Made by a program: the position numbers and the translations under genes | Shown: positions 1-10,450 of the stretch, one piece after another | Layout: the number at the start of each line of letters is the position of its first letter | How positions within the stretch are numbered: position 1 is the stretch's first letter | Notes under the pieces: generated by a model | What the model was told of the DNA's origin: nothing | Seen by the model: the letters and a program-made list of their open reading frames with translations, nothing else | Databases searched by the model: none | IMG/VR virus record: IMGVR_UViG_3300032227_002278 | Reading direction: 5' to 3' (one strand) | DNA: 64,000 nt | From: an uncultured virus (IMG/VR IMGVR_UViG_3300032227_002278) | Taxonomy: Duplodnaviria; Heunggongvirae; Uroviricota; Caudoviricetes

Positions 1-882
1 GTAACAGGAGCATCTGGATTCATTGGTGGCAATCTTTGCTTTTATTTGGAAAAAAATGGACATACTGTTTATCCAATTTGCAATACTACTAATTTGGTAA
101 GCGATCATTTTAGAAAGACATGTTATTTTTCAGGAGTTTTTGGAGCAAGAGAAAAAGTCTTCTCCGAAGTCGATGGCATTATGCACATGGCTGCTAATAA
201 TGATACTCTTTCTGATCAATCTTATGAGATGATTAAAGCAAATTTAATTGAGTCCAAAAAACTATTAAAAATTTCTAAGAAATACAATCATAATTTTTTT
301 ATTTATGCTAGTTCAACGGCAGTATATGGTCAGACAGATTCAATACTTACAGAAAATATTAAAACTAATCCTGTAAATGTATATGCAAAAAGCAAACTTA
401 AATTTGACGAATACATGATTAAAACAAATCCAAATATTAAGTGGTGTGGTTTAAGATTTTGCAATGTTTATGGACCTTATGAACAAGAAAAAGGACGAAG
501 GTCAAGTTATTTGGGACAAATAATAAAAAATATGATGGATAGTAAAAAAGTTAAGTTATTTGAACATGGCGAACAAAAAAGAGATTGGGTTCATGTAGAA
601 GATATATGCCAGGCTTGTTGCAAGGCTATTTCAACAAAAGAAAATGGTATTTATAATATTGGCTCAGGTAGATCTATATCATTTAATGATTTATTTGATA
701 TTATTGCATCTAAATTAATAATATTTGATAAGCCGAAATATATTCCCAACAAGCAAAAAGAACAATATCAAAATTTTACACAAGTTGATTTTTATAAAGC
801 CTCTAAAAATTTTGGATATTTTCCTGAATATGATCTTGAAAAAGGCATTGAAGAATATATTGAATATTTTCAGTCTAATTAA
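1..882 (+). CDS. NAD-dependent epimerase/dehydratase (RfaD/HldD-like), 5'-truncated by window edge
   Basis: Frame is open from base 1 (VTGASGFIGG, GxxGxxG). Also YASSTAVYG, YAKSK (YxxxK) and RDWVHVED motifs. Confidence 0.9.
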   Translation, partial: VTGASGFIGGNLCFYLEKNGHTVYPICNTTNLVSDHFRKTCYFSGVFGAREKVFSEVDGIMHMAANNDTLSDQSYEMIKANLIESKKLLKISKKYNHNFFIYASSTAVYGQTDSILTENIKTNPVNVYAKSKLKFDEYMIKTNPNIKWCGLRFCNVYGPYEQEKGRRSSYLGQIIKNMMDSKKVKLFEHGEQKRDWVHVEDICQACCKAISTKENGIYNIGSGRSISFNDLFDIIASKLIIFDKPKYIPNKQKEQYQNFTQVDFYKASKNFGYFPEYDLEKGIEEYIEYFQSN

Positions 883-914
883 TCAATATATTAAATTTTT
901 AACTGGAGTTAATC

Positions 915-1580
915 ATGCAAAATAATTTTATTTTTAATCAAGAAATAGTAAATTTTATAGAAAATAATTTAAAATATGTTGAGGGTTGGTGTTGTTCGGA
1001 AAAAGCATACAAGCTTTATGAGATTATTGTTAATAATAATTTAAATGTTTGTTTAGAAATTGGAGTTTTTGGAGGTTCTTCATTTTTGCCACAAGCCTTG
1101 GCTATGAAGCACAAGGGTTCTGGTTTGGTTTTTGGAATAGACCCTTGGGATTCAACATGTTCTGTTGAAGATATGGAAAAAGAAGCAAATCGGGAATGGT
1201 GGAGTAAATTAAACCACAAAACTATTTACGAAGGATTTTTAAAACATTTAGAAAATTATGGAGTAAAAGAGCATTCTGTTATTTTAGTTAACAAATCCGA
1301 AGATGTAGTAGAAGAATTTGGCAATGAAACAATTGATTTGTTGCATATTGATGGCAATCATTGTGAAAGATTAGCATATCAAGATTCAATTCTTTATCTG
1401 CCAAAAGTTAAAGTTGGTGGGTTTATATTTTTTGATGATACAACATGGGTGGAATCTGGACAAACCCCATCTACAGGAAAAGGTTTGGCTCATTTATTAA
1501 AATATTGTGAACCAGAAATAACAATTGGAAAAGACTGTATGATTTTGAAAAAAGTTAAAGGTTGCAATCCCATGAATTGA
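915..1580 (+). CDS. Class I SAM methyltransferase (Methyltransf_24-like)
   Basis: LEIGVFGGSS, LLHIDGNH, GGFIFFDD motifs. Confidence 0.85.
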   Translation: MQNNFIFNQEIVNFIENNLKYVEGWCCSEKAYKLYEIIVNNNLNVCLEIGVFGGSSFLPQALAMKHKGSGLVFGIDPWDSTCSVEDMEKEANREWWSKLNHKTIYEGFLKHLENYGVKEHSVILVNKSEDVVEEFGNETIDLLHIDGNHCERLAYQDSILYLPKVKVGGFIFFDDTTWVESGQTPSTGKGLAHLLKYCEPEITIGKDCMILKKVKGCNPMN

Positions 1581-2223
1581 TATAATCAAACTGGTTTTCT
1601 ATTGTGTGGCTGTTTTTTTTGCCTTCGGCATTTAGATTCCATTTGTTTTTTGAAAATCCGCAGAAATTTAATATTTCTATTTTCGTACTTTCTAAACTTA
1701 ATTTTTCAGTTTCAATCCAAATGTTTTCATATAAATCTGATAAATATTTGCAAATATTATAATAGTGATCGTAATAGGAAGAAAACGCTACTTCTCTTGG
1801 AAATTCTTCTAAATCAGGAAATTTTGGGAACATTTTATCCCATCCGGTGCTTTCCCATATTTTTTTTGTGTTTGGGACAAAACAATTGTGGTTTAAAGCA
1901 AAAAGTGAAGATAAGCTTTTAATTGTTTTTTCTTTGTTTCTTTTTAAAATTATTAATTTGGTTTTCTTAAAAAAAGAAGATAATTTTTTAATGTGTGGCA
2001 AATTGCAAAATCCAATGTCTCCTACAAAATTAGCTTTGCTTTCAAACCATTTATTTAAGGGAACATCAGTTTTTTTTATTTCATTATCATAATACCAACC
2101 AAATTTTACAGCTTCAGATGTAACAACTCCCATTTCTTCTTGTTGCTTAAGAAAATCATGCAACCATAAAGTTCCACAACAGCCTGTTCCCAGTCCCAAT
2201 ATTAGAGTTTTTTTTTCAATCAT
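1555..2223 (-). CDS. Sulfotransferase-family protein
   Basis: N-terminal GLGTGCCGT resembles the PAPS-binding GxGRxGT loop; KLIILKRN motif. Confidence 0.55.
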   Translation of the reverse strand: MIEKKTLILGLGTGCCGTLWLHDFLKQQEEMGVVTSEAVKFGWYYDNEIKKTDVPLNKWFESKANFVGDIGFCNLPHIKKLSSFFKKTKLIILKRNKEKTIKSLSSLFALNHNCFVPNTKKIWESTGWDKMFPKFPDLEEFPREVAFSSYYDHYYNICKYLSDLYENIWIETEKLSLESTKIEILNFCGFSKNKWNLNAEGKKNSHTIENQFDYINSWDCNL

Positions 2224-2907
2224 TTATTTTTTTGGGTACATAACAACATCACAAGAACTGTGATAGGGATATTCTGCTATCATTCTTTCTCTGCTAACGG
2301 GATTTGATTGCAAATCAAATATATCATATCCAATAGCATAGAGATAGTTTATAAAATGTATTATTTCTATTTTTTCTATATCTTTTATATAAAGAGATAG
2401 TTCTAAAATGATAACTGGTTTAAACTTTTGTATTGTTTTTTCAGCACCTCTTAAAACTTTATATTCATAACCTTCTACATCGATTTTTAGTAAGTCTAGT
2501 CTAGTAAAATCTTTACAATAATCATCTAAGGCAATTAGATTTGCATCAAATGGTTCTGGCTGCAAATCCAAAGCTCCTGGGCTAACAGGATAATTATAAT
2601 GTTCTCCATCTCCGCATAAAATCCATGATTGTAAAAGCTTTATATTTCGAAGAGTTTTTGGAACATCACTCACTCCACACTGATTAAAAAAACATTTATC
2701 TTTGTATTTTTCAAGAGAAATTTTACTTGACTCTATCATTCTGGGAGATGGTTCAAATAAATGAACTTCTTTGTATCCCTTGGCACAGAAGCTACCAGCT
2801 ACTCCACCTGTGTTTGATCCTACATCAATAGCTACGCAATTTTCATCTTTTAATGCATCTTTAGAAGCTTGGTCATAAGCAGGACCGCCAATACATAATC
2901 CACACAT
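2224..2907 (-). CDS. FkbM-family methyltransferase
   Basis: IDVGSNTG, FEP, LLKIDVEGYEYKVLRGA. Confidence 0.9.
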   Translation of the reverse strand: MCGLCIGGPAYDQASKDALKDENCVAIDVGSNTGGVAGSFCAKGYKEVHLFEPSPRMIESSKISLEKYKDKCFFNQCGVSDVPKTLRNIKLLQSWILCGDGEHYNYPVSPGALDLQPEPFDANLIALDDYCKDFTRLDLLKIDVEGYEYKVLRGAEKTIQKFKPVIILELSLYIKDIEKIEIIHFINYLYAIGYDIFDLQSNPVSRERMIAEYPYHSSCDVVMYPKK

Positions 2908-2972
2908 AAAAACCCCTTTTTTATATTAATAAAGCTGAAATATATATAATATTTTTCTAAAATAATACTTTT

Positions 2973-4031
2973 TTAGTTCCATTTCCACAAATTAGAATTT
3001 CTTAATTCTATTCTTTGCGCTTCCAAATCAAAAGTTGGGACATTATTCCATATATTAGTTTTATCCATATTTTCTGGTGCCCAAGGATCGAATCCTCTAT
3101 ATTTTAAAGTTTCTCTTTGTATTATTTTAATATGACTTTCAGTAACTAAATTTTTGTTAGCAACTATTTCATTTAGTTCGACACCACACATATACATTCC
3201 ATAGTTTTCTATTGCAACAAAGCTTTCAATATGCTTTTTTTTAATTTGTGTTTTTTCAACATTATATTTTTGTCCATCAGTGCCTTTATCCCAATTTATT
3301 TGAACTTCATTGTCTGTATATGATTGGTGATCTAATATGAAAAAAATTCCATTTTTATCTAAAATAAAATTACGACCCAATAATTTTAATCTATTGCCAA
3401 AATCACAGTCTTCCAACGATTTACATCCATCCATTCTTTCATTAAATCCATTTATAGATATAGCATCTTTAATGCTAAAACTAGTACCAGCAAATGCCCA
3501 CACTCCATGTGAGTGAACCAATGTCTGATCTTTTATTTCATTTATTCTATGATCGCTAATATAAATTTCTCCACTAATTGGATAAATTAATTTGCCATTA
3601 AGTGTTTTTACTTCTTTTAATCTATTGTGAATACCAAGCATGTAAAATCCATTTAAATAATGTTTCCAATATAGTTCTAATAAATTAGAAGGGAAAAATT
3701 CTGAATCATCGAATGTAATGCAAAGTTCTCCATCAGCATATAAAATACCAGTGTTTTTAGCTGCTGAAATATAAGTGTTTCCTCTGTCAAACCAATACCT
3801 ATGTTGATGATGAACCGGAACATGTTTTACAGTAAAAGGAAATCTTTTGACAAATTCTTCAAAATGACTTTTGTTTTCTTCAAACCATGTGTCAATATAA
3901 ATAAATTCAAAATCTTTAAAGCTTTGGTTTGACAGGTTTTCTACTACATCTTCAAAGTAACTGCTTATGCCTTTATTTGATAAAAAACTATCATGCGAAG
4001 CAGTATGAATCATTACAGAGATTTTAGCCAT
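2973..4031 (-). CDS. Glycosyltransferase family 2
   Basis: KISV..., AKNTGILYADGELCITFDDS, INGFNERMDG...EDCDF. Confidence 0.85.
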   Translation of the reverse strand: MAKISVMIHTASHDSFLSNKGISSYFEDVVENLSNQSFKDFEFIYIDTWFEENKSHFEEFVKRFPFTVKHVPVHHQHRYWFDRGNTYISAAKNTGILYADGELCITFDDSEFFPSNLLELYWKHYLNGFYMLGIHNRLKEVKTLNGKLIYPISGEIYISDHRINEIKDQTLVHSHGVWAFAGTSFSIKDAISINGFNERMDGCKSLEDCDFGNRLKLLGRNFILDKNGIFFILDHQSYTDNEVQINWDKGTDGQKYNVEKTQIKKKHIESFVAIENYGMYMCGVELNEIVANKNLVTESHIKIIQRETLKYRGFDPWAPENMDKTNIWNNVPTFDLEAQRIELRNSNLWKWN

Positions 4032-4045
4032 TTAAAATCCTATAA

Positions 4046-4693
4046 TTAAGATTTTCTAGCAACAAAAGTAAGAATATCTTCTCTTCCTATTTTTATTTCA
4101 TCTGTTCTAATTTCTATAACAGTACAATCAGAGTCTTCAAGAAACTTTACAAAGCCCTCTGTTGTAAAATAGTAAAGATGCTCATTGGGTCTATAGTGCT
4201 TAGACATTTGTACTTTTTCTATTTTTTCAAATATTGGCAAGGAGAATATTAATACAGCCTGACTTGGAATAACTGAAATAATATCACTTGGGTTTTCCAT
4301 ATGTTCAATAGAATCCCAGAAAGTCCAGCCATTAATTAAACTATTATCATTCTTAAACGGATCATGATATATGCTAGCAGCCTTTAACCATTGAATTGCA
4401 TAACGATTTACATCATACCCAAATTTCTTCCTTGCAGAAACTGTTTTAATAAACAGCCCACTTCCTATTCCAACATCCATAATGTTATAGGTATATTTTT
4501 GCGCTATACTTTTGCGGAAATTATTTAAAGGTGTAGAAATTTCGTTCTTTTCATATCCAATATATTTTTCCCAATATTCCTTGCTGTATTCAAACTCTTG
4601 AGGATTATTTTGATAAGCCCATCCATATTTAAGATTGACATTTAGATCATCCATGTTTATGGATGGATATGACTTAATCTTGTTAGCTGCCAT
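4046..4693 (-). CDS. SAM-dependent methyltransferase
   Basis: DVGIGSG, GYDVN, FWDSIEHMENP. Confidence 0.8.
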   Translation of the reverse strand: MAANKIKSYPSINMDDLNVNLKYGWAYQNNPQEFEYSKEYWEKYIGYEKNEISTPLNNFRKSIAQKYTYNIMDVGIGSGLFIKTVSARKKFGYDVNRYAIQWLKAASIYHDPFKNDNSLINGWTFWDSIEHMENPSDIISVIPSQAVLIFSLPIFEKIEKVQMSKHYRPNEHLYYFTTEGFVKFLEDSDCTVIEIRTDEIKIGREDILTFVARKS

Positions 4694-4696
4694 TTG

Positions 4697-4900
4697 TTAC
4701 TTTTTCCCTTGTTCTTTTTGCCAAGTCTCGAATTCTACTGTTAGAGCAACTGCTTCATCATCAATCTTCTTGAGATTAGCTTTGCCTTCCTCGACAATTT
4801 TCTTAAGTTCTACACTTAATCTTTTCTTGTTTTCATGAAGGGCAGATATTTTTTGAGAAAATTCAACAAACTTATCTGATAAAAGTAGTTCTGGTGTCAT
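4697..4900 (-). CDS. Small coiled-coil hypothetical protein
   Basis: ORF packed in the operon, heptad-like composition. Confidence 0.6.
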   Translation of the reverse strand: MTPELLLSDKFVEFSQKISALHENKKRLSVELKKIVEEGKANLKKIDDEAVALTVEFETWQKEQGKK

Positions 4901-4935
4901 AGTAAATTTAACCTAGTATGTATCAATCAAAAATA

Positions 4936-5493
4936 TTAATCTTTTTTGGTTATTAACAAAATGTCGTTGACATCTTTTATTGTATATTCTTTTGGAACAA
5001 TAGAATGTATTTCTTCTTGTTTTGGCCATTCTTCAATTTTAAAACGGCTTGAATCAGGATTCACGAACATGTGAGAGTCATCTATTAAAATTACAATTCT
5101 TGCTTGCCATTCAAATGAAAAAATTGCCTTCAATTCCTCAATTACTGGACATTGACCATATTTTTCACAAGTCTCAAAATCTGCATTATTTTGATAGTGA
5201 GCATCTAACCAGAAAGTAGTTGATTTTTTAACATCTATTATATTTGTCAAAATATCAGGACTAGTCCCGCAATGACAATGAAGATTTTCATGATCTTTAA
5301 ATCTAAGTTTTGCGCTATCGCAATATTTTTGTACTACATCAATAGTATGAACATCTTTGAATCCAGCATTAACAGCTTGTGCAAGAGTTTCTCCTAGAAA
5401 TGTTCCTGTTTCAATGAACACATCATTCAACAAATTTACGCCATCAAAATTTGTAAAATCATATAATCTTCCCATTTTAGTCTCCCTTTTCAA
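4936..5493 (-). CDS. Methyltransferase-like protein
   Basis: FIETGTFLG, FWLDAH, ILIDD motifs. Confidence 0.75.
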   Translation of the reverse strand: MKRETKMGRLYDFTNFDGVNLLNDVFIETGTFLGETLAQAVNAGFKDVHTIDVVQKYCDSAKLRFKDHENLHCHCGTSPDILTNIIDVKKSTTFWLDAHYQNNADFETCEKYGQCPVIEELKAIFSFEWQARIVILIDDSHMFVNPDSSRFKIEEWPKQEEIHSIVPKEYTIKDVNDILLITKKD

Positions 5494-5846
5494 TCAGCAA
5501 TTGATGTTAATTTTTCTTTTGCAATAGCATCCCAATATTCTGGAATCTTGTCTTCAACTTCCAAAAAAGCAAATCTCTGACTTTCTTCGTCGGTGACTTT
5601 GTAAAGCATAATAACATTATAGTAGGTTCCATGTTTTTGTTTGATTTTCCTTAAATAAAATTCAATTCCGTTCTTTTTTCCAAAGTGTCTTTCAAGTTGT
5701 TCTTTAAAAATCTTTGCCTCAATTTTACTTTTGAACTTATATTTGGAATTATTTTTATCTGTAGGTATTTCTCTAGTTGGCACATTGCCAATTTCAAGTT
5801 CGTCCCAAATTTCGTCGTTGTTCTGGCTCATATTTCGTTGCTCCAC
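5490..5846 (-). CDS. Hypothetical protein
   Basis: ORF coupled to the downstream gene. Confidence 0.55.
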   Translation of the reverse strand: MEQRNMSQNNDEIWDELEIGNVPTREIPTDKNNSKYKFKSKIEAKIFKEQLERHFGKKNGIEFYLRKIKQKHGTYYNVIMLYKVTDEESQRFAFLEVEDKIPEYWDAIAKEKLTSIAD

Positions 5847-6061
5847 ATTGTTTTTTCCGGTGGAAAAGCAGGTTTTCCTTACACTTCATTGTAGGAACGC
5901 CCCGGCGATTAAACACCGATTGCAAAAAAAGGCAACGATTTTACCCATTTTTTCTAGCTATTTGTATCTTAAAATTCCAAATAATTTAATAAATGAAGTG
6001 CATAAATATAAATAATTAAGCCAAAAGGCTATGCATAACCTTTTTTTTATAGGAGAGAAAT

Positions 6062-6334
6062 ATGGCAACTTATCAATTAAGATTGACACCTGAGCTAAGG
6101 AGTCTTGCTGATGAAGGATCTCTTGATACCAGCGTAATGATGGTAGCAAATCCAAACACAGCCGCAGGACAGCCTGCTATGATTCCTGTTTCCGCTCAAA
6201 GAAGCGGCTACATGACAACTGCCGCCAGTGGCGTTGGTCAGGATGTCAAAGTAACAGAAATGAAGGACGGAGAGGAATTCACAGATACTCTTCAGACCAT
6301 TACCGATGTTATTGGTGTTGTAAGCAGCACTTGA
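6062..6334 (+). CDS. Hypothetical protein, possibly virion-associated
   Basis: AGGAG RBS, upstream TATAAATA-like box (~6006), downstream terminator. Confidence 0.65.
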   Translation: MATYQLRLTPELRSLADEGSLDTSVMMVANPNTAAGQPAMIPVSAQRSGYMTTAASGVGQDVKVTEMKDGEEFTDTLQTITDVIGVVSST

Positions 6335-6355
6335 TATATTTTTATATATATCGAG

Positions 6356-6396
6356 AAAGAGGGCGGAGCAGTAGTTGGCTCTGCCCTCTTTTTTTT
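6356..6396. terminator. Intrinsic terminator between convergent genes
   Basis: AAAGAGGGCGGAGC / GCTCTGCCCTCTTT inverted repeat plus T-tract. Confidence 0.8.
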
Positions 6397-6713
6397 AATA
6401 TTGAGTTAACAAAGTTTTTAAATTGTTTTTAAGATTTTTGATAAAATTATAATAATTTTTAGTATTATCCATAGATTTAACTTTTTTACATCTATCTTCA
6501 AGAGCAAATATTATTTCCTCTAATTCTTGATAATTAAAAGAAACTTGCATGTCTTTGTTCATAATAACACGCATTAATCTAAATTGATTCGATTCCAAAG
6601 TGTCCATATACAGTCTCCTTTGCTTAACCAAATATAAACAAAATTAAAATTGAAAACAAGACATTAGCCTAACAATATATTTAAAATTTTTAAAATTAAA
6701 ATATAGATAAGAT

Positions 6714-7223
6714 ATGCAAGGTTTTAAAGAATGGTTAATTCAGGAAGAATCGAGAATCATTTGTGAAACAACGGAAATGACTCCGCTTGAAAAACAACAA
6801 TATAGAGATGCTAGGGCAATTTTCCGCAAATACGTATTTGAAGTGCCAGGTTTAAGTATTGGAACTAAAAATTATATTACACACAAAGGTGGTAACTTAT
6901 TCATGGGAACACCAGATAAGTTCATAATGGATTTGGAAAATTATAAAATACCATATGAAAACTATATAACAAATCATTATAAAAATGAATATGAAAGACT
7001 AACAGCATTAAACTTATCTAAAATACCTAAAGATGAACCAAATCGCAAAGAATTAGAAGCTTATGTAAAAAAACAATCTAAAATAGCTTCTTCAAAAGCA
7101 GGTGGAAAAAAACTTAGAGAAAAATTTATAGAATTAGATAGCCTCATAAGTTATTTTAAAAGACTTAAACCAAAAGAAATAGTAAAGTTTGATTTTTCTG
7201 AGGCAACAGGATATTTCCTCTAA
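6714..7223 (+). CDS. Hypothetical protein (MQGFKEWLIQE N-terminus)
   Basis: ORF; N-terminal pattern shared with other ORFs in the window. Confidence 0.6.
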   Translation: MQGFKEWLIQEESRIICETTEMTPLEKQQYRDARAIFRKYVFEVPGLSIGTKNYITHKGGNLFMGTPDKFIMDLENYKIPYENYITNHYKNEYERLTALNLSKIPKDEPNRKELEAYVKKQSKIASSKAGGKKLREKFIELDSLISYFKRLKPKEIVKFDFSEATGYFL

Positions 7224-8362
7224 ACTTTGTTCTTCTCTCTAATCTCATGAATTCCAGAAAAGTCTTTGCCAACATTTCTAGTTAACAAATGCATCTTCCT
7301 ATCTCTATTGTAAATGTATATTTGAGGATATCCTAATTTATGGAATACTAATTGAGCATCAATATATTTGTCACTATATCTTTTTTCTGGATCTGACATG
7401 ATGTCCCTAAGTTTTTTAGTTATATCTTTTGGAATAGAATTATCTGTAATACATGAATGCTCTGGAGTTCCATCGAACCCACCTAAAAGAATTGTTTTGA
7501 CTACAAATGAATCTTCAATTCCATCATTATCAAGATCTAATGTTATCAGTGGAAATGACATCCTCTTTATGATATATGCAACTCTGTCTTCTAATTGTTT
7601 GTCATTAGAAGGAGGCAACCATTTTGGAACCTTTATTTTAGATTCTTCAATTTTTTCATGTTCATACTCTTTGGCAATATCAAAAACATCCATAAACAAA
7701 GTTTTGTTCTTTTTAGCACCAATTTTATATGGTGCAATATCACAATAAAGATAAAAATTAGAAAATACATCTGCCATGTTCATGAAACGGTCTGTTTCAG
7801 AAAGGAAAACATTACTAATGTAATTAAGCCTCTCAAGCATACGATCAAACATATGCTTTGAAAAGTATAAATTATATTCCTTGTTCAAATAAATTACTTT
7901 TTTGTCGTTGTGATACCATTCAAAACGATTGTAATTTTTTACATGAAACTTTTTGCATATAATAAAAACATTCCAATTGCAAATATAAACTCTAAAACCT
8001 TGCACAGGCATGTACTTTTTAATAACATCCATTCCGATGTTTTTGAGTATGTTTGCCTTTATGAAAAGATGCAATATTACGAATAGCAATCTGCCTTCGC
8101 CACTACTGTAATCTATATCTGTTCCAATTTTACATAAGTTTTTCATAAACTCCCTAGGATCTACACTAGGGCAGTATTCATGCATTTCAGAATAATCAAT
8201 TTTGGATACAGCTTCTTTAAGTTTTTCAAGAAACTCTGGTTCTAAAACTTCTTCGTTAATAAACGAAATTTTAGGATAGGATTTATTAATCTCTTGTCTA
8301 TGCTTGTCCTGACGAATTCTTTCTTCTCTAGCCTTCTTTTTTTGTAAATCTTTGCGTGACAT
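7220..8362 (-). CDS. Hypothetical protein
   Basis: 380-aa ORF with AGGA RBS. Confidence 0.7.
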   Translation of the reverse strand: MSRKDLQKKKAREERIRQDKHRQEINKSYPKISFINEEVLEPEFLEKLKEAVSKIDYSEMHEYCPSVDPREFMKNLCKIGTDIDYSSGEGRLLFVILHLFIKANILKNIGMDVIKKYMPVQGFRVYICNWNVFIICKKFHVKNYNRFEWYHNDKKVIYLNKEYNLYFSKHMFDRMLERLNYISNVFLSETDRFMNMADVFSNFYLYCDIAPYKIGAKKNKTLFMDVFDIAKEYEHEKIEESKIKVPKWLPPSNDKQLEDRVAYIIKRMSFPLITLDLDNDGIEDSFVVKTILLGGFDGTPEHSCITDNSIPKDITKKLRDIMSDPEKRYSDKYIDAQLVFHKLGYPQIYIYNRDRKMHLLTRNVGKDFSGIHEIREKNKV

Positions 8363-8491
8363 GGCGAAGCATCCTTTTCCTCATGCTCTCATTTTAGGCT
8401 GGCATTCGGAAAAATCGTTGCCTCATTCCAAATCGGAGAATTAATTTTTCCTATGCTAACTATAACCGTTCTAGAGTTAGTTAAATCTTTA

Positions 8492-9553
8492 TCAGATATT
8501 AACTTTTTTGTCAAGTGACTCTAGGCTACTTGTCCAATCTTGTCCTTTGCGAAGAATGTTTGTTGCGCCGACAAAGTCTGCGTCTTGCTCGTAACCACAA
8601 GTTAAGCAACAAAATTCCTCATTAACACGATTGGATGCAGCAATATATCCACAAGACGGACAACATTGAGAAGTATGACGGGGATCAACGAAGTATGAAC
8701 GAACACGGTTCTCCATACTCTTTTCTATGATCCTATCGATTACTTTCCGATATGTCCAATATTGCTGTCTATTTCTAAACTTCCTGCTTCTTTTTTTGGA
8801 TTTTCCTTTTTTCATGTTTTTTAAGTTTTCATAAAAAACAGTTCCAAAAATATTCCAAGGTAATTGATTGACACAATAATTGATATAATTATCTCGTTCA
8901 ATCAATGCTCTTTTATAACTTTTACTTCCTCTTTTTTTCCTTGTTATCTTATCAATTATATTTTTAAAATCTTCACCAATAAATTCACCATCACTAGTTG
9001 TGATAAGTTTATTCATTCCCAAATCTACTCCAACATTGCTGCCATTTTTATATGTCTTTTCAACTTCAAACCAAACTATAATCTTATCTACATGAAGCTC
9101 ACAGCCTTGTATTAGTTTTCCTTTTGCTTGCCAATAGTTGAATCTTTTGTGTTTTTTAGTTGGAATCAAAATTCTTTTGCGGTTTGCTAATGTTGATAAT
9201 TTAATCCAGAGATCAAAACTATTGTTTCCTGTTTGAATATCAACAAACTTTGCATCTAATACTGGATAGCCTTCAAATTTAAAATTTGCTATTTTGCATT
9301 CATTTTCTTCTTTATTTACAAATGATTTTTGAATTCCAATTGCTTGCTTCAAGGCGTTACTTTTATATCTTTCACTAAGGTTTGTATCTTGCAATAGTGC
9401 TAAATTGTTTTTATCTAATTTTAAATCATCGAATTTTAAGTAAAAGTTTACGGCAGAGCGATAAGCATAAATCAATGCCTCAATCTTCCTTTTCTTTTTT
9501 TCAGTACAGTAAGTTTTTAAAACTACTGCTCTTTTATAAAATTTAGATTTCAT
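8492..9553 (-). CDS. tnpB: TnpB RNA-guided nuclease (IS607)
   Basis: RuvC GVDLG, YENLK, DAD; Zn finger CPSC...CLTC. Confidence 0.9.
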   Translation of the reverse strand: MKSKFYKRAVVLKTYCTEKKKRKIEALIYAYRSAVNFYLKFDDLKLDKNNLALLQDTNLSERYKSNALKQAIGIQKSFVNKEENECKIANFKFEGYPVLDAKFVDIQTGNNSFDLWIKLSTLANRKRILIPTKKHKRFNYWQAKGKLIQGCELHVDKIIVWFEVEKTYKNGSNVGVDLGMNKLITTSDGEFIGEDFKNIIDKITRKKRGSKSYKRALIERDNYINYCVNQLPWNIFGTVFYENLKNMKKGKSKKRSRKFRNRQQYWTYRKVIDRIIEKSMENRVRSYFVDPRHTSQCCPSCGYIAASNRVNEEFCCLTCGYEQDADFVGATNILRKGQDWTSSLESLDKKVNI

Positions 9554-10112
9554 TAAGTTCTTTCTTAATTTTTTCTGCTTTTTTGGTTCCTTTTCTTAAC
9601 CCATATAATCGGCAACAAAAACTTGTAATTACGGCAATAAGATCTTTCATCAAATCATTCTCTTCTTCAGAATCTCTGTTTACAACTGTTAATTTGCACT
9701 TCATCTTTGGAAGCAATTCTTCAAAATAATTGAAACCAAATCTTGTTAGTCTATCTTTGTGTTCAACCAGAATATGTTGTGGATTCTTACTTAACATTTT
9801 GATTAGCTTTGGTCTTTTATCGTTCATACCACTAGCAATTTCTTTGATAACCTCTTTTACAACATAGCCATTTGCGACACAAAAGTCTGTGCATCTTTGC
9901 ACTTGTCTTTCAAGATCATCTTTTTTCTCATATGAACTGACTCTGCAATAAATGCTTACTTGCTCAACACCAGTCTTGGGTTGTGTTTCTTCTTGCACTA
10001 TTATGGTTCCATTAGGATACTGAATAGCATTCGGTATCTGTCCATTGTGAAACCAACGGAATGCAGTCATATAACTGATTCCTTGTTTTTTAGCCTATTG
10101 TGATAGCTTCAT
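9543..10112 (-). pseudogene. tnpA: IS607 serine transposase with nonsense codon at position 6
   Basis: ATG 10112 reads MKLSQ*AKKQGISYMTAFRW (TAG at 10095-10097 where Trp is typical), then YCRVSS, EIASG and EHKDRLTRFGF motifs. Confidence 0.85.
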
Positions 10113-10175
10113 ACCATATTATATAGTAAACAAATGAAAATGTTTGTTAAAATTTGTAAATATTTTCAAAAAAGT

Positions 10176-10406
10176 TTAATCAGACTCTAAGCATTCTTTT
10201 AACTTCTTTTCTCTAATTCTGTTAATTAAATCTTTCTTATAGTGTTTTAAAAATTTTAAAGATTCTTTAATTCCAAGGGAAGATATGGTCCCAAAGGGCT
10301 GGTAGATTTCCAGCAGCCCAAAGGCGTTTACAACAGCTTTTAACAGCTTTTTGTTGCAAGTAAGGGGATTGTCCCCCTCAACAAAGAAAGGTCGGTGTCG
10401 CAGCAT
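10176..10406 (-). CDS. Hypothetical protein
   Basis: ORF with AGGAG RBS. Confidence 0.55.
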   Translation of the reverse strand: MLRHRPFFVEGDNPLTCNKKLLKAVVNAFGLLEIYQPFGTISSLGIKESLKFLKHYKKDLINRIREKKLKECLESD

Positions 10407-10450
10407 TTTTAAGCTCTCCTAGCTTCAGTCTATGCTGCATTTTAAAAAAT

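Larger units (their letters stand above)
8460..10175 (-). mobile_element. IS607-family element (tnpA serine recombinase + tnpB); ends approximate
   Basis: Overlapping tnpA-tnpB genes; AT-rich short repeats upstream of tnpA. Confidence 0.8.

Noticed and set aside
10095..10097. Genome-wide TAG recoding
   Set aside because: The TAG sits at a typical Trp position (TGG>TAG). Other genes end normally in TAG, and long ORFs are intact in code 11.
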